Below, one piece after another: positions 55,566 through 64,000 of a stretch of DNA of 64,000 nt. Both the position numbers and the translations under genes were made by a program. The stretch comes from Chloroflexota bacterium. GTDB taxonomy: Bacteria > Chloroflexota > UBA11872 > VXOZ01. Position 1 is the stretch's first letter. Each line of letters begins with the position of its first letter. The stretch is taken from positions 2,784,001 through 2,848,000 of the forward strand of contig OY760183.1 in assembly GCA_963663275.1 (NCBI GenBank), given 5' to 3'. The notes below the pieces were generated by a model. The model had not been told where the DNA came from and did no database searches. It saw only the letters and a program-made list of their open reading frames with translations.

Positions 55566-56435
55566 CTATTCATCTTGAGTCATGAAGTAGTGCGGCACGA
55601 CATCGACCTTTACTTTGCCGAGAATTGGCTCCAGATCCGCTTCGATTTGGCTGATGCCGGTGCTGATGGCGTCCACGTCGCTTTCGTCCGCGTCCAGGAC
55701 CGTGTACCACGTGTACTCGTAGCCGATTTCCCGCCAACGCGGCAGCAGCACGTCAATGTACGTCTCTTCGGGAACCATGATGCCATTATTGAAGTACGGC
55801 GGTTGGTAGAACCAGTACGCTTCACCGGCGTCCAGCGGAGCCCAGCGCCCCACGATCCTCACTTCGATCGGTTCCGGGTCTCCGCCGGGCGTGCGGTAGA
55901 CCAGGACGAGATAGTCGCCTACTTTCGCGCCGATCTCTTCCAGTTTCTCCGTCATCATCACGGCTTCGAAAATGGAGTCACCCGCCTTGGCCGGATTGGC
56001 CAGGCGTCCTTCCACGATACGGACGTGCTTGTCGAAGTCCGCCAAAGAGGAGATGAACCCCCAATCGACGTCCCGGGATGATGACAAGTCCGAGTCGGCG
56101 CCCATCAAGAAAATCGGCATGTGCTCAGTCTGCGCGTAGCGGTTGGTAAGGAGTACTGGTAAGCCGATTGCGCTGGGCGCCTGTAGCCGCAGGTACTCAT
56201 CCGCCTGCCGGTATTGTAGGAGAGAGATGTTGGTCTCGAGTCTCGGCTCGAACTTGCGCACGAGCAGACCGGCGGGCTGCCGCGCCTGGCCGGACTCCGA
56301 TTCGTCCACAGAGGCCTGCGTCGATAGGTCGCTCAACCCGCCGGGAGCGACGGACCCGCAGGAAACCAGTACCGCCATCGCTAACAGTCCGAATACCGTA
56401 GCGAGAAAAGCAGTAGGCTTTGAGCGCGTAAACAT
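55566..56435 (-). CDS. Putative lipoprotein resembling the extracytoplasmic domain of FtsX/MacB-like permeases
   Basis: LVSC lipobox; IVEGR, GAKVGD.L, IEVRIVG.W.P.D..EAYW. Confidence 0.55.
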   Translation of the reverse strand: MFTRSKPTAFLATVFGLLAMAVLVSCGSVAPGGLSDLSTQASVDESESGQARQPAGLLVRKFEPRLETNISLLQYRQADEYLRLQAPSAIGLPVLLTNRYAQTEHMPIFLMGADSDLSSSRDVDWGFISSLADFDKHVRIVEGRLANPAKAGDSIFEAVMMTEKLEEIGAKVGDYLVLVYRTPGGDPEPIEVRIVGRWAPLDAGEAYWFYQPPYFNNGIMVPEETYIDVLLPRWREIGYEYTWYTVLDADESDVDAISTGISQIEADLEPILGKVKVDVVPHYFMTQDE

Positions 56436-56525
56436 GACCGTGCCTTCTTTTGACATCCGGCGACTCTACGTATTTCCCACTGTCAAGATAGCATGGACAG
56501 CCAGAGGGTCAATCATCCGGCGGCT

Positions 56526-56568
56526 GATTCTTAGGTGAGGTTAAGGCGATTCTTAGCAAGCATTAAGG
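56526..56568. promoter_or_regulatory. Tandem direct-repeat operator (OmpR/PhoB-type spacing)
   Basis: GATTCTTAG-n-TTAAGG twice; CTTAG/TTAAG at 56530, 56541, 56552 and 56563-64 (~11-bp period). Confidence 0.45.
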
Positions 56569-56670
56569 AATCGTGTGGGCAAGGGCATAAGGAACACGTA
56601 GGAAGGATTGAAGGGAACGCGTCGGCAATAGTGTAGGGAACGAGTGGGCAACAGGTGAGGGAACACCGCC
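56564..56670. repeat. Degenerate tandem array, ~5 x 23 bp
   Basis: GGAA cores at 56567, 56591, 56614, 56637 and 56660; consensus ~TAGGGAACGCGTGGGCAANAGTG. Confidence 0.65.
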
Positions 56671-56764
56671 TGCCCCGATTGCGTCGAAACCGTGCCCAAG
56701 CCGTTCGCCCTGAGCCAAGTCGAAGGGTGAACGGCTTGGGCGCGGGATTAACGCGACAAGACCT

Positions 56765-56810
56765 TCAGCAGGTGTAGGGGCACGACATGTCGTGCCCCTA
56801 CACCTGCTGA
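56765..56810. repeat. Perfect 46-bp palindrome with a GTAG-REP core
   Basis: TCAGCAGGTGTAGGGGCACGACA|TGTCGTGCCCCTACACCTGCTGA. Confidence 0.85.
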
Positions 56811-56847
56811 TTGACCGTCTGCGCCGCACTCCTGGCGGCGCTTCCGT

Positions 56848-58227
56848 TTACCGCCCCGCCAGGGCCGCTTGCAGGCGGTCACGCTCCGCGGCCAACGCCG
56901 GGCTCACTGCCACGGGATAGGGCGGCGCGGCGGACGCCAGCGCGTGCAGGCGCGGCGGCAGCGCGTCCTGTTGTTGGCGCGCCCGTTCCCGCGCCGCCGC
57001 CAAGTCGTTGCTTCCCGCCGGCAGGCGTTTGCCCCCGCGCATGACGGGAACCAGCAATGGCGCACCCGCAAGCGCGCTCTCTTCCGCCAGACCGATTACG
57101 TCCCGCGCCATCTCGCCGTTTTCGTAGACGCGGAAGACCTGCTTCCGGCCCGGCAGCGCCGACTTCCCGGCGGCCATTTTAATGCGCCCACGCCCCGCGT
57201 ACGCCACCAGCTTGTAGGCGCAATCCAAGGCCGGCGCGTCGTGGGAGACGCTCATGCGGGTACCCACGCCGTACCCGTCGATTGGCGCGCCTTGACCCAC
57301 CAAGTCCGCAATCGCGTATTCGTCGAGGCTGCCGCTGGCAAAGATCCCCACATCCTCAAGACCGGCGTCGTCCAGGATGCGGCGGGCGGCATGAGCCAGC
57401 GATGCCAGGTCGCCGGAGTCCAGCCGTATCGCCCGCACCCGAAACGCGCCCCCCAGTTCTCGGGCAAGCAAGACGACTTTCGATACGCCCGCCAGCGTAT
57501 CGTACGTATCCACGAGCACAACCGTCTCCGGATAGAGCGCCGTAAACTGCCGGAACGCCTCCAATTCGTCGTCGTGCGCCTGAATATAGCTGTGCGCCAT
57601 GGTGCCTCGCACCGGAATGCCGTAGCGCCGCCCGGCCAGCACGTTTGAGGTGGCGTCCACACCGGCCACGTGGAACGCGCGCGCGCCCTTGATGGCCGCG
57701 TCCGTGCCGTGGGCGCGGCGCGAGCCGAAGTCCACCACGGTAGCGCCCCGCGCCGCGTTCACCACCCGCGCGGCTTTCGACGCCATCAGGGTTTGGAAGT
57801 GCACCTGGTTTATCAGCAGCGTCTCCACCAGTTGCGCCTGCGGCAGCGGCGCGATCACTTCCACCATCGGCTCACCGGGAAAGGCCGCGGTACCCTCCGG
57901 CAGCGCATACACGTCGCCGGTGAAGCGAAAGGCCGCGAGATAATCGAGAAACTCCTGGGAAAAGATCCCGAGACGCGCCAGATAGTCCAACGCCTCACCG
58001 AAAAACGCCAGGCTTTCCACGTAATCGAGCACGTCGGCGAGACCGCAGGCAATCACGTAATTCCACCCCTCCGGCAAGCGGCGTATGAAGAAGTCGAAGA
58101 CCGCCGTCTCCTCCATGCCCTCCCGCGCGTAGGCTTGGAGCATCGTGAGAGCGTAGAGATCGGTGAACAAGGCTGCGTCCGTGTTTTCTTCCCCTTGGCG
58201 CAGCCGGTCTTGTCGATGAGGCGGCAT
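56848..58227 (-). CDS. pncB: Nicotinate phosphoribosyltransferase
   Basis: TDLYALTM, DFGSRRAHG, GTMAHS, LVDTYDT, RLDSGDL, GVGT, YKLV. Confidence 0.94.
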   Translation of the reverse strand: MPPHRQDRLRQGEENTDAALFTDLYALTMLQAYAREGMEETAVFDFFIRRLPEGWNYVIACGLADVLDYVESLAFFGEALDYLARLGIFSQEFLDYLAAFRFTGDVYALPEGTAAFPGEPMVEVIAPLPQAQLVETLLINQVHFQTLMASKAARVVNAARGATVVDFGSRRAHGTDAAIKGARAFHVAGVDATSNVLAGRRYGIPVRGTMAHSYIQAHDDELEAFRQFTALYPETVVLVDTYDTLAGVSKVVLLARELGGAFRVRAIRLDSGDLASLAHAARRILDDAGLEDVGIFASGSLDEYAIADLVGQGAPIDGYGVGTRMSVSHDAPALDCAYKLVAYAGRGRIKMAAGKSALPGRKQVFRVYENGEMARDVIGLAEESALAGAPLLVPVMRGGKRLPAGSNDLAAARERARQQQDALPPRLHALASAAPPYPVAVSPALAAERDRLQAALAGR

Positions 58228-58393
58228 TGCCCTACTCCTTAGACGGACACCCCTGCGCAATCCCGCGACTCCGTTGGCATAGGGCCACGTCTGCGCCAAC
58301 TCCCCCTCACCCCGGCCCTCTCCCCAGAGAGAGGGAGTCTCTTGGCTAGCCGGCCCGGGTCGCGCAAGGCTCTCCCGGTTTGAAAGAAATCTC

Positions 58394-59020
58394 CTAGTAG
58401 ATGGTGCTGGCGGCGGGGATGCCGGTGAGGTGATGGGTGTCGTTCCACACGATCAGGGTCGGCAGCGTGTCGCTCCAATCGACGATGGAGAGGCTGGCGT
58501 GCCCAACGGTGACCTGCCAATATCGTTCCAGCGGCAGGTCGAACAGATGGCAAAAGTACATCCGCATACCTCCGCCGTGCATCACGACCGCGACGGTCTC
58601 TCCCTCGTGCCGGTGGACGATGCGCCGCAGCGCCGCCTGCGTGCGCCGGTAGAGAGCGGGACCGTCCTCGGCCCCGGCCGGCGCCCACTCTGGATCGTGC
58701 CGGTGTTTTTCCCAGTCCGCGGTGTTTGCCATGAGTTCCGACAAACGCCGGCCTTCCCACGCCCCATAGCCGCGCTCGCGCAGATCGGCGTCCCGCACCG
58801 CCGTCGCGTCGTGCCGCGCGCCGATTACCCGCGCCGTGTCATAGCTGCGCGCCAGATCGCTGCAGTAGAGGCCGCCGAGGGACTCGCCGGCGAGCCGCTC
58901 CGCCAGCGCCTGCGCTTGGGCCTGGCCTTCCACCGATAGCGGCGGGTCTTGCTGGCCCTGGATGCGTCCCTGGCTGTTCCAGGTCGATTGGCAGTGGCGC
59001 ACGAGCAGAAGTCGTACCAT
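58394..59020 (-). CDS. Histidine phosphatase family protein (GpmB/CobC-like)
   Basis: VRHCQSTWN...QG..D.PL, SDL.RS..TA, LRER.YG.WEG, MHGG, NDT.HL. Confidence 0.88.
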   Translation of the reverse strand: MVRLLLVRHCQSTWNSQGRIQGQQDPPLSVEGQAQAQALAERLAGESLGGLYCSDLARSYDTARVIGARHDATAVRDADLRERGYGAWEGRRLSELMANTADWEKHRHDPEWAPAGAEDGPALYRRTQAALRRIVHRHEGETVAVVMHGGGMRMYFCHLFDLPLERYWQVTVGHASLSIVDWSDTLPTLIVWNDTHHLTGIPAASTIY

Positions 59021-59022
59021 GG

Positions 59023-60447
59023 CTATGAGTCTGTGCCCTTCCCGCCGGACGCGGCGGATTCGTGGGACGGGTCAAGAGGCGGGTCAACGGCCCCGGCCAA
59101 GCCGAACGCTTCCCGCGCCTCCGCCGCCACGAAGAGCGAACCCGTGGCGCAGAGCACGTCTGTCGATTCCATCTCGTTCAATCCCAGCACGACAGCCTGT
59201 CTCACGTCTTGCGCAACCCGCACCGGCGCCCGCTCCGCCGCGATTTCCAACCCGCCGGCGGCTGCGGCGATCGCGTGAGGGTCCTGCGCGCGCGGGTGCC
59301 GCGACTTCACCGCGATCAACCCTTTCACCGCCGGCAGCAGAGCCTCGAGCACGCTGACGGCGTCTTTGTCGCGGTTCAATCCCAGAATACAGTGCACGCC
59401 GCGCCCGGGATAGTGCGCCGCCAGGGTTTCACGCAGGCGGCGCATTGCGTCCGGCGTGTGCGCGCCGTCGGCGATCACTGGCGGCCAGGCGGACAACTGC
59501 TCGAACCGCCCCGGCCAGCGCGCGGCTTCTATGCCCGCGCACACCGCCTCAAAGGAAAGCGGCACGCCCTGCGCCGCCAGTTCCTCCGCCGCGGCAAGCG
59601 CCACGCTGCAATTGAGCCGCTGGTGCGGCCCGCGCAGCGGCAAGCGCACCGCGCGCTCCGTCCCCAGCGCCGTAATCTTGCACATCTGGGCGGGATACTC
59701 CCAAGGGGGAAGCGCCGGAGCGGAGACCGCTTCGCACCGGCCCGCGTCCGCTTCAAAAATGCGGGCGCGCCGCGCCGCGCACACGGTTTGAAAGACCTCC
59801 GTTACCGCCGCCGGGCCGGGCGCGTGCACCAGCACCCCGCCGTCCTTGACGATGCCCGCTTTCTCGCGGGCGATGGCGGCGAGCGTGTTGCCGAGAATGG
59901 CCGTGTGCTCCAAGCTGATGGACGTGATGACCGCAACCAGCGGCGTGAGGACGTTGGTGGCGTCCAGCCGTCCGCCCAGCCCAACCTCGACGACGGCCAC
60001 GTCCACTTCCGCCTCGGCAAAGAGCAGGAAGCCCAGCGCCGTCGCCAGTTCGTACGTCGTCGGCTTGCCGAGAGCGGGTTGCTCGCGCTCCAATGCCGCC
60101 GCCGCCGTCGCCACACGCTCGACCAGGCGCGTAAACGTCTCCTTGGAAACCGGCGTATTGTCGATGCGCGCGCGCTCGCGGAAGGTATGCAGGTGCGGCT
60201 GCGTGTAGAGCCCGGTGCGCAGGCCGGCGGCGCGCAGGATCGACTCGATGAGCGCCGCCGTAGAGCCTTTGCCCTTGCTCCCGGCCACGTGCACGCTGGG
60301 GAAGCGCCGGTGCGGGTCGCCGAGACTGCGCAGCAGGGCCGCAATCCGCTCCAGCGTGAAACGCGGCGGCGCGTGCGTTCCATAGCCGATGCCCCGCTCC
60401 CAATCGGCAAAGGAATACAGATACTGGAGCGACTGCGCGTAGTCCAT
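59023..60447 (-). CDS. folC: Folylpolyglutamate synthase/dihydrofolate synthase
   Basis: HVAGSKGKGST, PHL...RER, EVGLGGRLDATN, WPGRFE, DGAH, TGSLF. Confidence 0.94.
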   Translation of the reverse strand: MDYAQSLQYLYSFADWERGIGYGTHAPPRFTLERIAALLRSLGDPHRRFPSVHVAGSKGKGSTAALIESILRAAGLRTGLYTQPHLHTFRERARIDNTPVSKETFTRLVERVATAAAALEREQPALGKPTTYELATALGFLLFAEAEVDVAVVEVGLGGRLDATNVLTPLVAVITSISLEHTAILGNTLAAIAREKAGIVKDGGVLVHAPGPAAVTEVFQTVCAARRARIFEADAGRCEAVSAPALPPWEYPAQMCKITALGTERAVRLPLRGPHQRLNCSVALAAAEELAAQGVPLSFEAVCAGIEAARWPGRFEQLSAWPPVIADGAHTPDAMRRLRETLAAHYPGRGVHCILGLNRDKDAVSVLEALLPAVKGLIAVKSRHPRAQDPHAIAAAAGGLEIAAERAPVRVAQDVRQAVVLGLNEMESTDVLCATGSLFVAAEAREAFGLAGAVDPPLDPSHESAASGGKGTDS

Positions 60448-60453
60448 CGCGGC

Positions 60454-61104
60454 TCAGCGCTGCCCCGTGGCAATGGCCATGAACTCGTTGCGGGTGCGCG
60501 GGTCCGAGAGGAAGAGGCCGCGCATGGCGCTCGTGATCATGCGGGAACCCGGCTTCTGGATGCCCCGCATCGCAATGCACATGTGCTCCGCCTCTACCAC
60601 CACGGCCACCCCTTTCGGCTTGATCACCGTGGCAATCGTCGCCGCGGCGTCGTCGGTCAGGCGTTCCTGCAATTGCGGCCGCTTCGCCAAAGTCTCGATC
60701 ACCCGCGCCAGTTTACTCGCCCCCACAATCTGGCCGCTGGGCAAGTACCCCACGTGCGCCATACCCCAGAAAGGCAGGAGATGATGCTCGCACATCGAGA
60801 AGAACTGGATGTCCTTCAGCACGACCATGCCGGCATAGTCCTCGTGAAAGCTCACGTCAATGGCCGCGGCCGGATCCCGGAAGAGTCCGGCAAAGAGGAA
60901 AGCGTACGCCTGGGCGATGCGGCTCGGGGTCTCGCGCAGGCCTTCCCGCGTTGGGTCCTCGCCAATCGCCAGCAGAATCTCATGCACGGCGCGTTCGATA
61001 CGGGCGGTATCGACGGGCGCGTCCGCCGCGGCGGCTACGGTCTCTTCCGGATTGGCGCAACTATCCCGCTGCATACCGCTCGCGTTCGTTTGGGCGTACG
61101 TCAT
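60454..61104 (-). CDS. folE: GTP cyclohydrolase I
   Basis: GEDPTREGLRETPSR, SMCEHHLLPF, SKLAR, QLQERL, HMC..MRG. Confidence 0.95.
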   Translation of the reverse strand: MTYAQTNASGMQRDSCANPEETVAAAADAPVDTARIERAVHEILLAIGEDPTREGLRETPSRIAQAYAFLFAGLFRDPAAAIDVSFHEDYAGMVVLKDIQFFSMCEHHLLPFWGMAHVGYLPSGQIVGASKLARVIETLAKRPQLQERLTDDAAATIATVIKPKGVAVVVEAEHMCIAMRGIQKPGSRMITSAMRGLFLSDPRTRNEFMAIATGQR

Positions 61105-61110
61105 CGATAT

Positions 61111-61788
61111 TCAGGAAGCCTGCCGCGCCCACAGCGCGCGGGTAAGGCCCTGGTGCACAAGTTTGCCAATCAGGTAGCCCATCGTGGTGGCGGAACCCGC
61201 CTGCCGGATGCGTTCGCCCCGGCTCAGGCAGGCAACGACCACGCTATCGGCGGCCGCGCCCGTAGCCACGTGGCCCTCGGCGGTGGTTAGCCGTGCTTCC
61301 ACCAGCGCCCGCGCCTTGGCCTCCGTCGCCGTCACCATGGCGCTCACCATCGCGCCCATCGAGAGGCTGGCGTCGGTCAGTATAATTATGTCAATGCTGC
61401 CGCCGCTTAGCGCATCGTCCGGCCTGGTCTTGCCGGCGGAACACCGCGTCATGAGATCCGCGAACAGCAGCACAGAAACCTGCCACTTTGGCGTTGTTTC
61501 GGTTTCCTGTACGTACTCCCCGGCGTTGCCGGCCGTCAGCACGCCCACGTACGGCTCGTGGATGCCCGCTTGCAAGGCCCAACCGTGCAATTTCTGTTCC
61601 AAAGCCTGCGGGTCGCGCGCTTCACCGCGCGACATCACCACGACATTGCGCGTCAGCGCCAGGTCGTCGCCAATGTCGGCGCTGCTGAGAACTCGCAGCG
61701 GTGTGCGGCTGCCGACCCGCAGCACGTTTTCGGCATGAGTGAGCGTGACGCCTTCCAGGGAGAATTCGCAATCCGCCGCCGCACTCAT
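61111..61788 (-). CDS. CbiZ-like adenosylcobinamide amidohydrolase family protein
   Basis: LSSA, VGVLTA, GSIDIII, A.VTATEAK..AL, ATG..DSVVVA, AG.AT..G. Confidence 0.7.
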   Translation of the reverse strand: MSAAADCEFSLEGVTLTHAENVLRVGSRTPLRVLSSADIGDDLALTRNVVVMSRGEARDPQALEQKLHGWALQAGIHEPYVGVLTAGNAGEYVQETETTPKWQVSVLLFADLMTRCSAGKTRPDDALSGGSIDIIILTDASLSMGAMVSAMVTATEAKARALVEARLTTAEGHVATGAAADSVVVACLSRGERIRQAGSATTMGYLIGKLVHQGLTRALWARQAS

Positions 61789-62047
61789 CGCCGTATTGCT
61801 TATCCTCTTGGTTCCCTACCCGTGTAGACAATAGAATCCACGCCGGCCGCGACGGGCGCGTCAGCGGCAAAGCCACCTTCAGTATTCAATGGGACAGCCG
61901 CGCTGTCAACCAACTCGCTTCATAGTGGAAGCTTCGCAATCGATTGGCGGAATAGAGCACTGTCTTGTGGAGGGACTTCCATCGCGCCTCCACGTACGCG
62001 GCGCTTCATTGACAGCACTCCCCCATCGCCACGACGGAAAGGGAATC

Positions 62048-62119
62048 TGTCATTCCGAGCGGAGCGAGGAATCTAGGGTGTAGAGTTCCATTAGATTCCT
62101 CGCTCCGCTCGGAATGACA
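62048..62119. repeat. Inverted REP-D doublet (REPIN-like)
   Basis: TGTCATTCCGAGCGGAGCGAGGAATCT ... AGATTCCTCGCTCCGCTCGGAATGACA. Confidence 0.8.
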
Positions 62120-62265
62120 CACGCGCACGGCACGGCAGGGCAGGGGCACAGGCAACCGCGCGTGCTCCACTCCTCCCCGGCCCCGATAGCATTAATTCGG
62201 CTTACGGCGTATCATTATCATGGAAGCTATCGTCTTGCAGTAACCGGGGGAGTTTCTAACGAATC

Positions 62266-63297
62266 ATGGAGAGCGCCGCCTACAGCGTAGCCCAACTGCG
62301 CCAAGCCGTGGACCGGCTGCCGCGCGTTCACCTGGCGGAGTTGCCCACGCCGCTGCAAGAAGCGGCGCGCCTCTCCGACGCCCTCGGCGGCCCGCCGCTC
62401 TTCTTCAAGCGCGACGACCTCACCGGCCTGGCATTCGGCGGCAACAAGACCCGGCACCTGGAGTTCATCCTGGGGGAAGCCCTGCAAAGAGGGGCCGACA
62501 CCATCATCACCGGCGCGTCGATCCAGTCGAACTTCTGCCGCCAGACCGCCGCCGCCTGCGCCAAACTGGGCCTGCGCTGCATCCTCTACCTCAACGGCCA
62601 GGCGACCGGCGCGCCGCAAGGAAACCTGCTGCTCGATCACCTGGCCGGCGCGGACGTGCGACTCGTGCAGGTGCGGCAACTTCCCGATCTCATCGCCCTC
62701 TGCGAGGAGGCGGCCGTGGCGGAACGGCAGGCGGGCCGGAACCCCATCGTGGTAGACCTCTGGCGCGGCATCGCCAGCCTGGGCTCGGTTTCGTACGTGG
62801 AGTGCGCGTTGGAACTGAAAGCGCAACTGGAAGAACTCGGTTTGCTGCGGGCTTCCATCTACCTCTCCTCCGCCACCGCCACGCAAGGAGGGCTGGCCCT
62901 GGCGGCGCGGGCGCTCGGGCTGGACTGGCGCGTTGTCGGCATCAGCCCCATTCGCACCGATCTCGCGCCGACGGAGGTGGTGGCAGACCTGGCGAACGAG
63001 GCCGCCGCGCGCCTGGAGCTTGAACTGCGCTTGAGCCCGGCCGAAGTCGAGAATCAAGAGGACTACATCGGCCCCGGCTATGCTCTCCCAACGGAGGAGG
63101 CGCGCGAGGCCCTGGAACTGGTGGCGCGCACCGAGGGGATGTACCTGGATCCCGTCTACACGGCAAAGGCAATGGCCGGCCTGATCGACCACATCCGCTC
63201 CGGCGAACTGGAGCCCTCGCGGCCGGTGGTCTTCCTGCACACCGGCGGCACGCCGGCCCTCTTTGCCTTCAACGACTGGTACGCGCCGTCATCGTGA
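62266..63297 (+). CDS. D-cysteine desulfhydrase / ACC deaminase family PLP enzyme
   Basis: PTPL, KRDDLTG..GGNKTR.LE, QSN, EGMYLDPVYTAK, FLHTGG. Confidence 0.92.
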   Translation: MESAAYSVAQLRQAVDRLPRVHLAELPTPLQEAARLSDALGGPPLFFKRDDLTGLAFGGNKTRHLEFILGEALQRGADTIITGASIQSNFCRQTAAACAKLGLRCILYLNGQATGAPQGNLLLDHLAGADVRLVQVRQLPDLIALCEEAAVAERQAGRNPIVVDLWRGIASLGSVSYVECALELKAQLEELGLLRASIYLSSATATQGGLALAARALGLDWRVVGISPIRTDLAPTEVVADLANEAAARLELELRLSPAEVENQEDYIGPGYALPTEEAREALELVARTEGMYLDPVYTAKAMAGLIDHIRSGELEPSRPVVFLHTGGTPALFAFNDWYAPSS

Positions 63298-63327
63298 GAC
63301 TAAACCCAGGCAGGAAAGGCAACACAC

Positions 63328-63906
63328 GTGTCAACGCCAAACGGTAAGACCATCCCCGGCAAGCAAGTTGCCGGACTGCCCCTGGCGCCATTCGAGAAGC
63401 GCGTGAAAGCGGCGCTGTGGGACATGCTCTTCTTCATCTTCGGCCTGGCGGCCGCGGCCATGCTGGCGGTAACCGCCGTCATCACAGGCGTGCTCATCCT
63501 GGGCGTTTCAGTCGGCGAAGTCACCGAGGATACGGTCTATCCCGACGCGGCCATCATCGTGCCCTTCGGCCTGGCGGTTCTCATCGTCGTGCTCGCGCCG
63601 TACATCTACTTCATACAGGTGCCGGCGGAATACAGCGGCACGGCGGGTATGCGCCTGGTGGGCGTGCGCGCCGTAACCGCCGCGGGCGCGCAAATGAACT
63701 GGCGGCAGGCCGCCACCCGCGCGCTCGCCATGCTGGTCTCAATCGCCGCGCTCTGCGCGGGCGCATTCTGGATGTTCCGGGAACCCGACCGCCGCACATG
63801 GCACGACCTGGCCGCCGGCACGTTCGTCATCGAGGACGTGTACATACCCAAACGACTCAACCTCGATCCCTGGGATCCGATCGAAGAGGAAGATGACACC
63901 TCATAG
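63328..63906 (+). CDS. RDD family membrane protein
   Basis: KRVKAALWD, G.T.GMRLVGVR, RRTWHDLAAGTFV. Confidence 0.88.
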   Translation: MSTPNGKTIPGKQVAGLPLAPFEKRVKAALWDMLFFIFGLAAAAMLAVTAVITGVLILGVSVGEVTEDTVYPDAAIIVPFGLAVLIVVLAPYIYFIQVPAEYSGTAGMRLVGVRAVTAAGAQMNWRQAATRALAMLVSIAALCAGAFWMFREPDRRTWHDLAAGTFVIEDVYIPKRLNLDPWDPIEEEDDTS

Positions 63907-64000
63907 GCGCGGGCGCTCCGGTCGCCGGGCGGAGTGTTTCCGCAACCGGCGCGGCAGCGCGTTTCCTGATTCGTCCACAGAGAGGATAAAGAAAATGTAC

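Noticed and set aside
56564-56670. Possible mini-CRISPR
   Set aside because: Units are contiguous 23-bp degenerate repeats with no spacer-sized unique segments
63995-64000. ATG after AGAGGA at the window end
   Set aside because: Only two codons are visible; it cannot be identified

Overview
High-GC bacterial chromosomal window. The gene content (Tat-lipoprotein solute-binding proteins, a baseplate-J-like gene beside ruvX/mltG, Uma2 and PaREP1 proteins, an archaeal-type ATP-dependent ligase) suggests Chloroflexota, which is an inference. It is mostly housekeeping and metabolic genes: korA(3')/korB, a type-E succinate dehydrogenase (sdhA, sdhB, HdrB/CCG-type anchor), mdh, gltB, rpe, pheA, pncB, folC/folE, tRNA-Val/tRNA-Phe, a P1B ATPase and various hydrolases and oxidoreductases. 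The ORF track misses several things. (1) A Sec-recoded thioredoxin-fold/TPR selenoprotein (UxC motif, clear SECIS hairpin) follows mdh. (2) A nested set of small mobile DNAs is built on REP palindromes: three copies of a 162-bp MITE with IS4-type ends, each inserted in the centre of a GTAG-REP with an 11-bp target duplication while carrying that same REP internally; a second ~140-bp MITE-like unit; an IS30 inserted in a REP inside that unit, which takes its stop codon from the target; REP copies with locus-specific inverted flanks; and a REP translated in-frame inside DNA ligase. (3) There are two degenerate tandem arrays (26-bp and 23-bp period) and a structured leader upstream of a LysM/M23 peptidase. 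No CRISPR array or rRNA was found.
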